Shown here: positions 47,190-61,350 of the stretch, piece after piece
How the letters are laid out: every line of letters begins with the position of its first letter
Position numbering within the stretch: the stretch's first letter is position 1
Assembly: GCF_039654945.1 (NCBI RefSeq)
Contig: NW_027361872.1
Span: 11,842,001 to 11,906,000 of the forward strand
Reading direction: 5' to 3'
DNA length: 64,000 bases
Source: Dendrobates tinctorius
Taxonomy: Eukaryota
Notes under the pieces: model-generated
What the model saw: only the letters and a program-made list of their open reading frames with translations
What the model was told of the DNA's origin: nothing
Databases searched by the model: none
Made by a program: the position numbers and the translations under genes

Positions 47190-49584
47190 TAATGGCATCC
47201 GATTACTAAACAGATCAAGAAAAGTTAATGAAAAGCTCATGACACATCCATTTATTGGATGCCATGAATGACAGTATGAATTCGCATTAGTCATCCATAG
47301 GCTTCTATGTTAACCACTTCCCAACATAGGAAATAACTAGTACCTTCTGCATCAGGTGTGGGTGTATTGAGTGGGCTCAGAAGCTTAACCTCCTCCAAAC
47401 AAAATGGACGCCGGCTGTATTATACAGCCAGCATCAACCTGTAACAGCAGCGACCGGAGATAGCTCCAATCACTGCTCTTTAATCATTAAGATGCCAACG
47501 TCAAACTGGATTGTTTTAATTAGCTAGTACTTGCATCCTTGCCCCCCACAATCTCGAAATTGTGAAGTGCAGGTGGTTTAAACTGGGGATCCAAGGCCTA
47601 CTAAAGAACTCCTTCACCATCTTATGAAGCCTAGTGAGGTACTGCACTGTATAGAACAAGTGATCGGTCAGTGGAAAAAAAACTTAAAAATGAAAAAAAA
47701 ATTTTTTTTAAATAATTTAGAATCATTGCCCTTTTTCCAATTTAGCAAGTAGTGGGAGGATAAGAGTGGTAGTCCACAATGCTTATGTAACTCAAGAAAT
47801 CCATACCATGTTTGTTCTCAACGCCATTTGAAGGTGAACCAACTTCATCATCAGAAAATTAGGTTCAACTTCCAAACGCGTTGAAATAAACTGCATGATC
47901 AATCCTATACATCTTCTGGATTTCTTGAATTACATCAGCAGCGCAGACTATCACTCCTATCATCCCACCACTTGTTCTATACGGTTACAACAGCAGCTGT
48001 CAATACTTGACTGGTTAGTTGTGGGTTAAACAATCTTAAAAGGTTAACAGTTATTTACCCCTCACCTATACAAATTTGTTAATCGGATAAGACCCTATTG
48101 CACTTGGTGTTCCCCTGTTTCTTCTTCCAATTAGGGAATAAATGAAAAAAAAATTGGCATCGCAGTGTCCATAAAAGTCAGATTTGAGAAATTCTCAACT
48201 TAGTGAACATGTACAGTAAATGCTGTAAAGAACAAAATCTAAATGCCTAAATTGCCTATTTTTGGTCATCATGAAATCAAAAGCAATCTAATCTAATTGC
48301 TGTATGTACTCCAAAATGGTACCAATAAAAATTACAATTTTTTGTTTTTTCAACCACATAAATATAAAAAAAAAATGCCGTGATCACCTGGAAAATTATG
48401 TAGCCTGATCATTTTTAGTATACAATGAGTGCTGTAAAAATTAACCTTTTTTCCACTATTTCACCCCACTTTAATTTTTTTTTTAATTTTTCAGTACAAT
48501 TGAAAACTGTCTGGAATAGTGAGTCATTATGTTTTTGGAATGAGTACAAATCCATTAGAAGAAAATAATGTGAACAGAGCGAGAACGTAAAAAGTGCACA
48601 TAGATGTGGTCTGTGGTCAGGTTTGAGCCGAGGATGTCCGTACAAGAGACAACCCAAGTGCGCAGAACCACTCATGGCGCGCGAACAATGCAGACTGAAA
48701 GTCAACTAAAAACATTTTACTCTGCTATCTGCATAATCCGGCAACACAAACAGCTAGACCGATTTCTGATCTAACCTCTACTTCTTCCCAAAGTGCATTT
48801 CTCTTGATTCGGTTCCAATTTATAAGGGAGAAAAGAAAGGCGGCACGTTGAGCGGCTGTCACACTCTTAAATAAAAAGTGAAAACCTTCCAGCAAGAAGA
48901 GTATGCGACTAGGTAGCTTACATGAGAAATTCTAATTTAATTCATGCTGAGCCATAGACAATCTGGTGCAACAGCGGTAAAAAGAAAAAAAAATAGAAAA
49001 AAATGTCAATTTAGTATTGGCTTCATTCAATTACAGCATCATGTCAAGCTCCAAAGACAGGGAGAGTTGATAACCGCAATTGGAAAGAGAAGGAACTTGA
49101 ATGCAATTATGTTTTACAACTCTGCTCAACAGCCGAGCTTCCCCGAGGAATATTTAGGTAGATCATTTATCACTTTTGAGGCCCAGAGAAGGTATTGATG
49201 ACAGTATTCTTCAGAAAATAATACATTCCTGTTTACTTCTAAAAGTGTGGATTATTCTAGAACTTTATAGCTCAGGATCATCCATACATGGGGCTGGGTC
49301 GATGATAATCTTCATGTGCTAAATCTATTACAATGGCTTGCTTACCCTCAGCCAGCCCCCTCCATTCTAGAGACTCCACCAGTTCACTCCCTCCATGCAA
49401 AAAAACATAGCCACTACCAGCCGTCCCCCCCACTCTTGCACCAGGACATGATATGCCTTATGCTGCAGGAAGGTAGTAGAATCAGTGTGTATCTAATGTG
49501 ACGCCTCCCTTTTGGGTGGAGATGCTTTTTCAACGGCATTAACCCTGAAATCGCTCATGTCACCTTCATCACTATGTACACTTA

Positions 49585-49917
49585 CAATAGGTGGCACTAG
49601 CATTCAAGCCCTCATCCTCTCCAATGACACAATAATTTAATTTCCCAGAGAACTGCCTGGCCTAAAAGTCTCCTTTTGCCAGCTTGGCACTCTCCACAAG
49701 GAGAGACGTTCATCCTAACATACGTGTCAAAAGTTGTCCTCTTGTTTTGCACAGAGGAGGGGCAAACAACCTACAACACATGTCTATAAGTCATATGGTT
49801 TGTTAGAGGGTTGAAATTGACTTTTAGGATTGGTAACCCTATTAGGAGGCACTATAGTTCAAGACCTCTCCTTTTCTGAATATACAATGTGATTTAATTT
49901 CCCAGAAGAGCATTCCA
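49585..49917 (+). repeat. Hammerhead-bearing repeat, locus 3 (decayed)
   Basis: caataggtggcactag...aatttcccagag...ctctccacaaggagagacgtt...ttgcacagaggaggggc (decayed core), then the start of a second monomer. Confidence 0.7.
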
Positions 49918-51440
49918 TGGTGGCGCAAAACCAGGTAGGACTGGGTTAAATCATTGCACTGCAGGTCTTTATTAGATACACCTGGCTAGCTTTAACTAGG
50001 AACCATGAAGCAGTCGATTGTGCTGCTGGTTAGTGACCAGCCAAAATGTGAGCTGCAGCTGGGAGAGAAACAAACCAGAGTCTCTCTCTGAATGGAGACT
50101 GCATAGGTCAGCTAGGATAGTTGAGCAATGTGTGTGTGTGGAGCTAAGAATAATGTGTGAATGCTTCAGCCTGTGCCAAGAGTTGAATACTTTCGTTTGG
50201 CACTGGAAGCTGCTGGAGCTCGGGCTGAAGGTTATACCAAGACTGGTGGGATCGTTCCTCTACTGTATATGAAGTTTTCTCTGGGAGAAGGGACTGAAAT
50301 CTGTTCAGGTGAGGCCGCACTAATATATGTACCATGCTAAGTGAACTGTTTATTTTCTGTGATACCTTTTATGCTCAGAAGAGGCTGTTTTTGGTTTTGA
50401 ATCCCTTGGAGTTTTATGAAAGTAATAAAACTGCACCTGTTTGGGCCAAACCACATTACCTGTGTGAATGCTACCTAATGCCTACCTGAGAGAGTGAATC
50501 CCTATAACTGGTGGAGAATGCAGGCTAAAGTCCCATAGAGCAAAGGTGATTGAAGTGTAAGGATATGTGCACACGATCGGTAAACTCTGCAGGTTGGACG
50601 CTGCGTACCTGTCCAGCATGCAACCCGCAGCAGCCAAAGGTTACAGCAAAGTGGATGGGATTTCAAGACATCGCATGCCCACTATGCGTCCACAGATGCC
50701 TGCGGCTCAAACGCGAAGACGGACATGGGGCGCATCTCTCCAGAACGCAGCATGTCAATTTCTCTTGCAGAGAAATTTCACCAATAGTATGTATTGGACA
50801 CGGTGAATCAGCACGGTTCAGTGGACACATGCGGATTCACCTGCATTTAATAGATGGCAACGCTGTGGACACAGCAAACATGTGCTGTGTCCAAAGCGCT
50901 GCCACTTCCAGATCACGTGCACCCTGCCTAAAGATTGGGGGTCCTGGGTAAAGGCAGCTACAGCATTGCAAGCACAGTCTGAAAGCATGGAGGAGCTGGA
51001 CTGCCGGAAGGTGACATTGCTATGGTGTCATTGCATTGCTGGTGCAGCTCAGGAGAGTGCCGAGTGTTTGGGGCCGTCTCTGCAGTGGATTTGTGTGGAA
51101 GAGAACCAGAGTCCGCAATCCCGGGAGCGAGGTTCACACAACACATTGCTGTTCCTCATCATAGAAGGGTGTCTCAGGAATGCCAGGTGACATGTAATGG
51201 TGTCTAAGTGATGTGTCACTGGGTTACCGCAACAGAGAGGAGCCAGAAGACCACAGCATATGATAAGTAATTTGTATCCATGCACACACCAAGAACTATC
51301 CCATGGGCCAGGTAGATATGCACATAGAATGTGGTTCCATGCCACATGAAGTGGGTGTGGGTTAAGGACTTCTTGCATGCTATTATTATTGGTAGAGATT
51401 TTCCGTTATTCAGGGATTTAAGGGCTAAAGTTATAGCACC
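49918..51440 (+). mobile_element. Gypsy 5' LTR with PBS and decayed internal region (a MITE is inserted at about 50560-50923)
   Basis: The LTR end gagagagtgaatccctata is followed by TGGTGGAGAATGCAGGC (50509-50525), complementary to the 3' end of a vertebrate tRNA-Ala as I recall it. Confidence 0.65.
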
Positions 51441-52140
51441 CAGTGGTCGGGTGTTTATCGAAAACAGAATGAAGCCTACAAAGAAAAGAACACAGTACCT
51501 ACAGTCAAATATAGTGGAGGTTAAAAGATGTTTTGGGGTTGTTTTGCTGCCTCTGGCACTGGGTTCCTTGACTGTGTTCAGGACATCATGAAATCTGAAG
51601 ATTACCAAAAGGATTTGGGGTCACAATGTAGTACCCAGTGTCAGAAAGCTGGTTTTGCGTCCTAGGTCATAGGTCTTCCAGCAGGACAATGACCACCAAA
51701 CATACTTCAAGAAGCACCCAGAAATGGATGGAAACAAAGTACTGGAGAGTTCTGAAGTGGCCAGAAATGAGTCCGGATCTAAATTCCCATTGAACGCCTG
51801 TGGAGAGATCGTAAAATTGCTGTTCGGAGAAGGCACCCTTCAAATATGAGAGACCTGGAGCAGTTTGCAAAAGAAGAGTGGTCTAAAATTCCAGTTGAGA
51901 GTTGTAAGGAGCTTACTGATGGCTATAGGAAATGATTGATTGCAGTTATTTATTCCAAAGGGTGTTCAACCAAACATTAAGTTGAGAGTGCCAACAATTT
52001 TGTCCGGCCCATTTTTAGGGTTTTGCATCTAATTATGCCCAATTTGCCATTTTTTTTTTTGTGCTGTTCCAATAAACACAAAAGAAATAAACATGCGTAT
52101 AACAAAAACATATGAAACTGCAATAATTTTCTGGGAGAAA
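51440..52140 (+). pseudogene. 3' half of a Tc1 element, whose TIR is interrupted by DIRS B and resumes at 60670
   Basis: GCFAASGTG, FQQDND and VLKWPEMSPDLN motifs; the sequence joins across the DIRS element (ctgggagaaa|tactttattttctgg). Confidence 0.8.
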
Positions 52141-55100
52141 CATGGATTTTTGTGATAAACTCACCGTAAAATCCTTTTCTCCGAGACGCTCATTGGGGGA
52201 CACAGGTACTGTGGGTGTATGCTTCTGCCGCCTGGAGGCTGACACTAAGTGAAAAAAAGAGCTTAGCTCCTCCTCCACCGTATACACCCTCGCCCCGGTT
52301 GCAGGCGGAATCAGTTTGGTGCAAAAGCAGTAGGAGATCAAACAAAAATCAGACAATATCAACCTTAATGCAGGTAACAACATCTAGAAAAGACACCACC
52401 CTAATATCATTCAAAAAAAGTATATTAATTAAACAAAACAGAAGCCAACTTGGCTAACAGGGTGGGTGCTGTGTCCCCCAATGAGCGTCTTGGAGAAAAG
52501 GATTTTACGGTGAGTTTATCACAAAAATCCATGTTTCTCCTTCGCCTCATTGGGGGACACAGGTACTGTGGGACGCCCTAAAGCAGTCCCTGGGTGGGAA
52601 GTTGACTCACCGATCCAAGCTACATGCACCTCCTGTCTAAAGGTGCGCCACCGCTGCTTGGAGAATCCTTCTGCTTGGAGAATCCATCTGATGAAGCCTG
52701 AGTATGGATAATATAGTGCTTTGCGAATGTGTGCAAGCTGGATCAGGTTGCAGCCTTGCAAACCTGTTCCGCCGATGCCTGGTGCCGAAGCGCCCAAGAG
52801 GCGCCCACTGCCCGAGTAGAGTGCGCTCTGATCCCTGCTGGAACTGGTGTGCCTCTGATGCGGTAAGACTCCTGAATAGTCAAGCGAATCCATCTGGCTA
52901 TGGTCGATTTTGAGGCAGCGAGTCCCTTCCTGCGCCCCTCGGGATGCACGAACAGCGTGTCCATCTGACGAAAGGGTGCCGTCCGTGACACGTACCTCCT
53001 GAGAGCTCTCACCAGGTCCAACGTATGAAGAGCCTTTTCCACACGGTGTAGCGGTGCTGGACAAAAAAAGGGCAGGACAATATCCTCATTAATGTGGAAC
53101 GAGGAAATGACCTTCGGCAGAAAAGGAGGGGCTGGTCTCAGAACCACCTTATCTTTGTGGAAGACCAGAAACGGAGCTCGGCAGGATTGAACTGGCAGCT
53201 CTGAGACCCGCCTGATTGACGTTATTGCCACAAGAAATGCTACCTTCCAAGAAAGGTGGGCTAAAGAGACCTCCTGTAACGGTTCAAATGGAGCCTCCTG
53301 TAGGACTCTTAGGACCAGGTTAAGGTCCCAAGCGTCCAGGGGCGCCCTATAAGGAGGTACCAAGTGGGAGACCCCCTGAATGAAGGTCTTCACCTGCAGA
53401 TTGGTAACAATCCTGTACTGGAACAGAACGGATAAGGCCGATATCTGTCTCCAGAGGGAACTTGGGGCCAAGCCTGCGTCTAGGCCAGACTGGAGAAAAG
53501 CCAAGATGTTGGGAATAGAAAATCTCAGTGGAGAACAACCATGGTTCCGACACCATGTGAAAAAAACCTTCCAGGTGCGATGATAAATACGTGCTGAGGT
53601 TGGCGTCCAGGCGCTAACCATTGTAGCGACCACATTGCAGCTGAACCCAACCTGGGTTAGAATCCAGGATTCAACGGCCAAGTCAAACACGGGCCCTGAG
53701 TTTGGGTGGTAGATCGGGCCCTGGGACAGTAGGTCTGGGTGCTCTGGCAGGCGCCAAGGAACACCGGCAAGTAGCTGTACTAGGTCTGCGTACCATGCCC
53801 GACGAGGCCAATCTGGGGCCAGCAGAATCACTGGCAAACCTTCCGCCTTGATCTTCTTGATGACCCTCGGAAGTAGTGGCAACGGGGGAAATAGGTATGG
53901 GAGGCGAAAGTGGTTCCATGGCAGAACCAGCGCATCCACGGCAATTGCCTGCGGATCCCAGGATCGAGCGACGAACGCTAGTACCTTGACGTTCACTCTG
54001 GAGGCCATTAGGTCCACATCCGGCATCCCCCAAGGTTGGCAAATCTGCTGGAAGATCTCATGGTGAAGTGACCATTCCCCGGATGCGAGACCCTGCCGGC
54101 TGAGGAAGTCTGCCGCCCAGTTCTCCACGCCCGGGATGTGGACTGCTGATATCGCCGAGTGGTTTCTCTCGGCCCAATGAAGCACTGCCCTACCTCACGC
54201 ATGGCTGCCCTGCTGCGGGTGTCCCCTGATGATTTATGTAAGCCACAGCTGTGGTGTTGTCCAACTGAATCCGAACGGGCCGGCCTGCTAGAAGGGGATG
54301 AAACTGTCGCAAAGCTAGCCGGATTGACCGTATTTCCAAAAAGTTGATTGGGAGGCGTGCCTCCTGCGGCGACCACCGTCCTTGGGTCGTGTGGTGACGA
54401 AAAACCGCTCCCCAACCGAGGAGGCTGGCGTCGGTTGTCACCACCAACCAATGGTCTGGGGGAAAGGGCTTGCCCTGAAGAAGTAAGGCACTGGCTGTCC
54501 ACCACCCGAGTGCCTGTGTGACCGGCGTGGGCAACCGGCACCAGCGAACGAGAGAGAATGGGTTTTTGTCCCATACTGATAACAGGGTGTGCTACAGGGG
54601 GCGAAGATGGAACTGGGCAAACGGAATTGCCTCCATCGCTGCCACCATCTTTCCTAGGATCCTCATGCAGAAGCGGATGGTATGAGGGACCGATTGGCAC
54701 AGCTTCCGGACTCCCTGCCGGAGAGCTAAGGCCTTGTCCTGAGGGAGAATTACCAACCCTTGGGAAGTGTCGAAGATCATTCCTAAGAAGGAAATCCTCT
54801 GAGCTGGCACAGGGGATGAATTTTTCAGATTGACCAACCATCCTAAGTGGGAAACAGTATCTAGCGAGATGCTGACACTGTCCTCGCATGCCCGAAAGGA
54901 AGGGCCTTTGACCAAGAGGTCATCTAAATAAGGAAAGACAACTATGCCCTGGAAGTGCAGGGTGGCCATGAAGACTGCCATGACCTTTGTGAATACCCTG
55001 GGTGCGGTGGCCAAACCGAAGGGCAGTGCTGCAAACTGAAAGTGTAGGCCGTTGATGACGAAGCGCAGGAACCTTTGGTGCGGGGGAAAAATGGGGATGT

Positions 55101-55702
55101 GTAGGTAGGCATCTTTGATGACGATAGAAGCCAAGTATTCTCCCCACCCCATGGCAGATATGACTGAACGGAGAGACTCCATCTGGAAATGTCTGATCCT
55201 GATAAACTTGTTTAGGACCTTTAGGTCCAGAAAGGGCCTGACGGCCCCATCCTTTTTGGGCACCGTGAACAGGTTGGAGTAGAACCCCTGATAATTTTCG
55301 TTCTCCGGAACGGGAACAATGACTCCGCTGTGCTGGAGTAATTTTATGGCCTTGAGTAAAGCCCTTGCTCGGGCGATTACGTTGAGAGGACGGGAAAGAA
55401 AAAACCATCTTGGGGGGTATTTGATGAATTCTATCTTGTACCCCGAGGACACCAGCTCCATTACCCATGTGTCGTGTGTGACGGAGAGCCAGGCGTGGCG
55501 AAACCAAAGCAGGCGGCCGCCTACCTTGCTGAAATCGCCTTGAGATTGCCTCGAGTCATTTGGCTGCAGATCTCAGGGACCTAGGTCCTCTTGATCTGGG
55601 CTGGTGGGTACGCATTCTCCCCAATGGGTTGGCTCTATATGAGACCTGCCGATCCCTATCCTGGTTGGGATGACCTGAAGCAGCGGGAATGGTCGCTGCA
55701 GC

Positions 55703-57620
55703 CTGGGCCGGCGTCTCCACCCGGCGTACCCGGGCAAGTGCCGTGGCCCTGGCGAGACGGAGGGGCCCACTCGGCGCCTGAACAAGTTTTATTTTTTTTT
55801 TATTTATAAGTATGGTGTTAGTCCCCCGCTCTCCGCCCTCCCCTCTCCGCCCAACATCATACTGACCACCATCTCTTTTCCTGTGAGAGAGCGCGGTCTG
55901 CATGTTACTGCTCATTAAGGTCATGAATATGGACGCCACTCCACTCTCATAGGCGTGGCGCCCATGTTCATGACCTTAATAAGCGGTACCACGTGACCGC
56001 GCGCTCTCACAGGAAAAAGCTACCGGTGCCTGGACTCAGGTGAGCGGCGTTGAGAATGAGCGGCGGCGGGGCCGGGGGGAGAATGAGCGGGGGCAGGGGG
56101 AGAATGAGGGGCTGGGGGAGATGAGAGTGAGCGGGGGGGAAATTGAGCCCAGCAGGGGAGATGAGAGTGAGGGGGAGGGAAATGAGCCCAGTGGGGGAGA
56201 TGAGCCCATTATTCTCTATGGGGCATTATATGGGGCCCATAATCCAGTACGGAGCATTATCCTGTACGGAGCATTACATGGTGTCCATTATTCTGTATGG
56301 AGCATTATATGGGTCCCATTATCCAGTACGGACCATTATATGGGGCCCATTAACCAGTATGGACCATTATATGGGGCCCATTATCCTGTATGAAGCATTA
56401 TATGGGGCCCATTATCCAGTATGGAGCATTATATGGGGCCCATTATCCTGTTTGGAGAATTACATGGTATCCATTGTTCTGTATGGAGCATTATATGGGG
56501 CCCATAATCCAGTATGGAGCATTATCCAGTATGAACCATTATATGGGGCCCATTATCCTGTATGAAGCATTATATGGGGCCCATTATCCAGTATGGAGCA
56601 TTATATGGGGCCCATTATCCTGTTTGGAGAATTACATGGTATCCATTGTTCTGTATGGAGCATTATATGGGGCCCATAATCCAGTATGGAGCATTATCCA
56701 GTATGGAGCATTATATGGGGCCCATTATCCTGTATGAAGCATTATATGGGGCCCATTATCCTGTATGGAGCATTATATTGGGCCTGTTATTCTGTATGGA
56801 GCATTATATTGGGCCCAATATTCTGTATGGAACATTATATTGGGCCCATTATTCTGTATGGAGCATTATATGGTTTCCATTATTCTGTATGGAGCATCAT
56901 ATTAGGCCCATTTTCTGTATGGAGTTCTGTATGGAGCATTGTAAGGGGCCCATTATTCTGTATAGACCATTATATGATGCCCATTATTATGTAAGGAGCA
57001 TTATATGAGGACCCTTTTTCTGTATGAAGCAATACATGGGGCCCATTATTCTGTATGAAGCAATATATGGGGCTCATTATACTGTATGAAGCAATATATG
57101 GGGCCCATTATTCTGTATGGAGCATTATATGGGGCTCATTATGCTGTATGGAGCATTATTCTGTATGAAGCAATATTTTTGGCTCATTATATTGTATGGA
57201 GCATTACATGAGGCCCATTATTCTGTATGAAGCAATATTTGGGGCTCATTATTCTGTATGAAGCATATATGAGGCTCATTATTCTGTATGGAGCAATATG
57301 TGGTGCCCAATAAACTGTATGGAAGACTATGTGATGCCCAGAATACTGTATGGAGTTATATACTTTCCGGTCTTAAATAAAAACTTTTGAATCCCCACTA
57401 GGGCACACACTGTGCTCTGTGAGGATTTGCTGGTTTCTGAGCTATTGTAAAATTTACAATAGAGATCACTCATGTAATGTAAGAAGTAAGTGATATCTTT
57501 GGCATTGTACTATACCTATATTTCTTTGCTGTATCTGTGCATCATGAATTGTGGTACGTGTTAAAGGGGCCCACTGAGACTCTTTCGCCCTGGGCCCACA
57601 AAAACCTGGAGCCGGCCCTT
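55703..57620. mobile_element. Non-autonomous hAT element with an internal ~30-bp minisatellite (56205-57350)
   Basis: TIRs CTGGGCCGGC...GCCGGCCCTT; 8-bp TSD GCTGCAGC; gtatggagcattatatggggcccattat units. Confidence 0.88.
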
Positions 57621-59086
57621 GCTGCAGCCCACCCGGGGTGGCGAAAGGCCCGAAACAGTCTGAGGTTGGTGGCGAAACGGCTGCTTAACCCTTTGTTGAG
57701 GGAGGAAACTGCTCTTTCCACCTGTGGAATCAGAGATGAGCTGATCCAACTTCTCCCCGAACAGACGACCGCTCTGATAAGGCAAGGAAGTCAGGGATTT
57801 CTTGGAAGTTGCGTCTGCCCGCCATGTCCTCAACCATAAAGCCCTCCTAATGGAGATTGCATTCGCCGCAGCGAGAGCCGCGCAGTTGGCCGCATCCAAA
57901 GATGCATTAATTAGGTAGTCCACGGCCAAAGTGATCTGATTTGCGATCTCTGATACCTCTGCTGGTAGGTCCATACCCTGCAGGGCTCTGATTCTGACCA
58001 AGCCATCATGGCCTTTGCTACTCAGGTTGCCGCAAATGAGGGGGAGAGTCCTGAACCTGATGCCTCAAATACTGAGCGAGCTAGGCTCTCTATGAGACGG
58101 TCAGTGGGATCCTTGATAGAGGACCCACTAGGTATCGATAACAGGGTCCTAGAGACCAAGCGTGACACAGGTGGATCTACTGTTGGGGACTCTGCCCATT
58201 TCTTACGGAGATCAGGGGCGAACGGAAAACTCGCCTCAAGCACCTTTTGCCCTGAGAACCGTTTGTCAGGCCGCTCTCTGTGTTGATGTACTATGTCCTC
58301 AAACTCTGGGTGAGAACTAAACACTCTATGCGGCCGCTTTGCTTGCTTAAATGAGACCTTATGACCTGAGGCCAAGGTGGAATCATCTTCGATCCCAAGG
58401 GTCGGTTGACGGCCTCAATGAGACTGTCAATTGTTTCCCAGTATTCTGGAGTACCCGAATCAATCGGCTCATCCGAGTCGTACACTGACCTCGGTCGCAG
58501 GGGAGGGCTCCTGGGCACGTTCGGAATCGCAGGCTTCGCAAATCTGCTTGGTTTGTGCCCGTGGGAAGGAGTACTGACAGGAGGCGCACGCAACATATAA
58601 GAATGTGTATGCCTTTGCTTTTCTGGACATGATGACTGCTAAGTGATATGCCAAGGTCCAAAAAACCGCTTAGCCTCTGGAAAACACAGAGGGTGCCCTT
58701 CCTCCAGGGGTAGCACTTACCCCAGTCCTGTCTCCCCGTCCTGGCCTGTCAGACATCCAGCCCGCCGCCCAGCTGTTCGTTTTTTTTAAAAAACAGTGCT
58801 CTCTGGCGTGTGGGCGGGCCTCCGGACGAAGTGGCGGCCCCGGGGACGTCATGGGGTGGGACTTCCGTCAGCGGCCTAGTCCCTGGCAGAAGCGGGGACT
58901 AAATTTTGCCGTCCACCCGAGGCCCCGATGGGCGGGTCCGCCGTAAGTGGCCGCGTCACGGGGGGCAGGACTTCCACCGCCACCTTGCTCCGGGAAGAGC
59001 CGGGGACTAAATTTCCGGCCTGCGCCCGGACTCGGGGCAAGACCGCCGGACACCGGGCCAGGAGCCTGCGCCGCCAGATGCCACGC

Positions 59087-60002
59087 TGTTGTGAATTCTC
59101 TCTCTGGCTTCCCTCTGGTGATTACTGAAGGTAGTGAAGCTGGTCTGTTTGACAGAGGGGTTGCGAGTTCTCTTTCTGGGCTCCCTCTGGTGGTTACTGG
59201 AGGTAGTGGAGCTGATCTGATTGACAGAGGCTTGCCACCTGATAATGAGGAAGACGATTGGAGATCTGGGGTTTCTGATTGGGATTTAAGACAGCTGACT
59301 CCATCTATCCCTGGTGATTTTCTTCCTGTGCCTTCTGAGGTCTGATGTCTCCTGCTCTTTCCCTGCATGGTTCAGCTAATTGGTTCATTTGCTATTCTGT
59401 TTGCATTTGATCTGGTTTTGTTTCTCTCTACTTTGTGCGGGTCAGCTAGCTGCAGCTGGGGCTGTGCTGAATCACCGCCCATATGTTACTGCTTGTGCCA
59501 GTTTGTTTTGTGCCCTGTTATATTGGTCTCTTTTTGCTTTGGTTTCAAAATATACCAGAGTGCTGATATAGTGGGGGCGAAGTCGTGCGACTTCAGTGTT
59601 TTTTGTGCATCAGACGTGTTGGACTTTTTGCAGGGTTTTTTGCGTGATTGCAGACAGTCTTTCCTTTCCTGTCCTGTCTAGTCAGTGTGGGCCCCATCGT
59701 TTGCTCAGTCTATTTTTCTGCCTGCGTTTGTGTTTCCATCTTGTCTCACCGACATATGTTTGGGGGCTATCTATTCCTTTGGGGACTGCTCTGGGGCAGT
59801 TTAGATTTCCCCTTTCTTGCTTTAGGCTTAGTTAGCTCTCCGGCTGTGCCGAGGCGTCTAGGATCATCGTAGGTACGCTCCACGGCTACTGCTAGTTGTG
59901 TAGATAAGATCAGGGGTCTGCAATCCGCTTAGTTACCAACCTCTCTGGTTTTCTGTGGCTTAGTCTGGGCCTGCTATCCTCCTCGTTAACCCATTCATAA
60001 CA
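59087..60002 (+). mobile_element. Solo LTR with 6-bp TSD, inside DIRS B
   Basis: TGTTGTGAA...TTCATAACA; CCACGC at 59081-59086 and 60003-60008. Confidence 0.88.
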
Positions 60003-60914
60003 CCACGCTATATGGTGCAGCCAGGGAGCCCGGAATGCCTAAGAATGGCGCCAGGAGCGCAGACCACGGGGGTCCGCAGGAGCCCTCCCAGCCCACCTCC
60101 TTCCATACCTCACCCCTCGACATCCATCTTCATCCTCAGGTGGGGGAGGGGGCGAAAAAAAGTTTAAGGACAGTGCAGGCACCCTAGCTCCATCTTTCCT
60201 TATAGGGGATGAGGAGAGGGACCGTCCGCCACCTTCCATCACCGCTGTCTGGCATTGGTGATGCAGTGGGGGCCGCACAGACTGTTCGCAGGCCTCTGTA
60301 CAGCCTAGGGTTTCTCTACATTAGGGTGGTCAAGGCTCAGTCCGGCATCATATCCCACGTAGCAGGAACGGGTACGTGGAGGCGACACTTGCACGTGCTC
60401 GCCCGTTGTTGGTTTGGGGAAATCAGACCCTTTCAAGACGATGCGTTGCCCCTGTCTTATCTTCATGGAAAAAATGAGAGAGTCTGGAAAAAAAGACCAG
60501 ACGTGTGCCTCCAATGAACACTAAGCAAAAACTGATTCCGCCCGCAACCAGGGCGAGGGTGTATACGGCGGAGGAGGAGCTAACCTCTTTTTTTCACTTA
60601 GCATCAGCCTCCAGGCGGCAGAAGCATACACCCACAGTACCTGTGTCCCCCAATGAGGCAAAGGAGAAATACTTTATTTTCTGGACAATTTCAAGGGTGT
60701 CAATGACTGTATATGCTGAACAATGTGATACTTCTGTATTTACGGTAAATGTGTTGTACTGGATTTTAAGAATATTGCTTAAGAGCAAGAATGGTATAAA
60801 AAAATCAGCATTACATCTTTGCTAAATCGTAGCCTTCCAGTGACGACATTACATCCATTATTAATGTGATGCAAGCAGAGGCCAGTGGTAACGATGGGCA
60901 TGATGTAGTCATTA

Positions 60915-61350
60915 TGTTTCTGTCTTTGTTTTTTTCTGTTCAGTGGCCAGTGTGAACGTGTGCTTACACGCTGCATGCACACCAGTTTATATCCCAGTTC
61001 ATACCTTTTCGGGGTTTTTTTGCCTGTTTGCATCATGCGCATATAAAGGTATGGCATGCCTTTCCTTTGAGTTGGGCATTATATTGAAGAGGTCTCCCTT
61101 GGCTGTGTATCCACTAGTTGGGCCCAGTCCTTCTCAGCCCTTATCTACATGCATGTCACTTGACAAATGGTAAGGCTTTTAATATTAGAGTTAGGACTGT
61201 CCCAATTACAGTCACCGTGGGATGGCTTTCCCATTTTTTTTTTTAAATCAAAAAACATGTCAACTAATTACCGCATATTATTTTCATGCTGTATGCTTCT
61301 TATTTATTTACTGCAGGGTATTTAATCAATATGTTTCTGTCTTTGTTTTT
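60915..61350 (+). repeat. Highly diverged member of the 416-bp structured family
   Basis: Colinear blocks cagttca, gcatata, tgagttggg, cactag, cacttgacaaatg, aaggcttttaatattagag and ggactgtccc...gggatggctt. Confidence 0.68.

Larger units (their letters stand above)
52141..60669 (-). mobile_element. DIRS1-like retrotransposon B, near full length, disabled, with two nested insertions
   Basis: ITRs (cattgggggacacaggtactgtggg) and an ICR at about 52470-52575. Gag-like ORFs at 57561-58600; RT at 54592-55461 (KDAYLH, ALPFGL, YLDD); RNase H at 54190-54534 (TTDAS); MT/YR at 52743-54185 (DLMAS, YLFPP, SIRRVSE, RAHSTRA). Confidence 0.93.

Noticed and set aside
46388-47218. Cluster of GC-rich overlapping ORFs or a CpG island suggesting a host gene
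   Set aside because: It lies inside DIRS A next to its terminal repeat; the translations are low-complexity with no recognisable domain.
56205-57350. CRISPR-like array or repetitive protein ORFs (also 40685-40960 and 38310-38790)
   Set aside because: Head-to-tail minisatellites without unique spacers, located inside transposons in a vertebrate context; the ORFs are by-products of the repeat.
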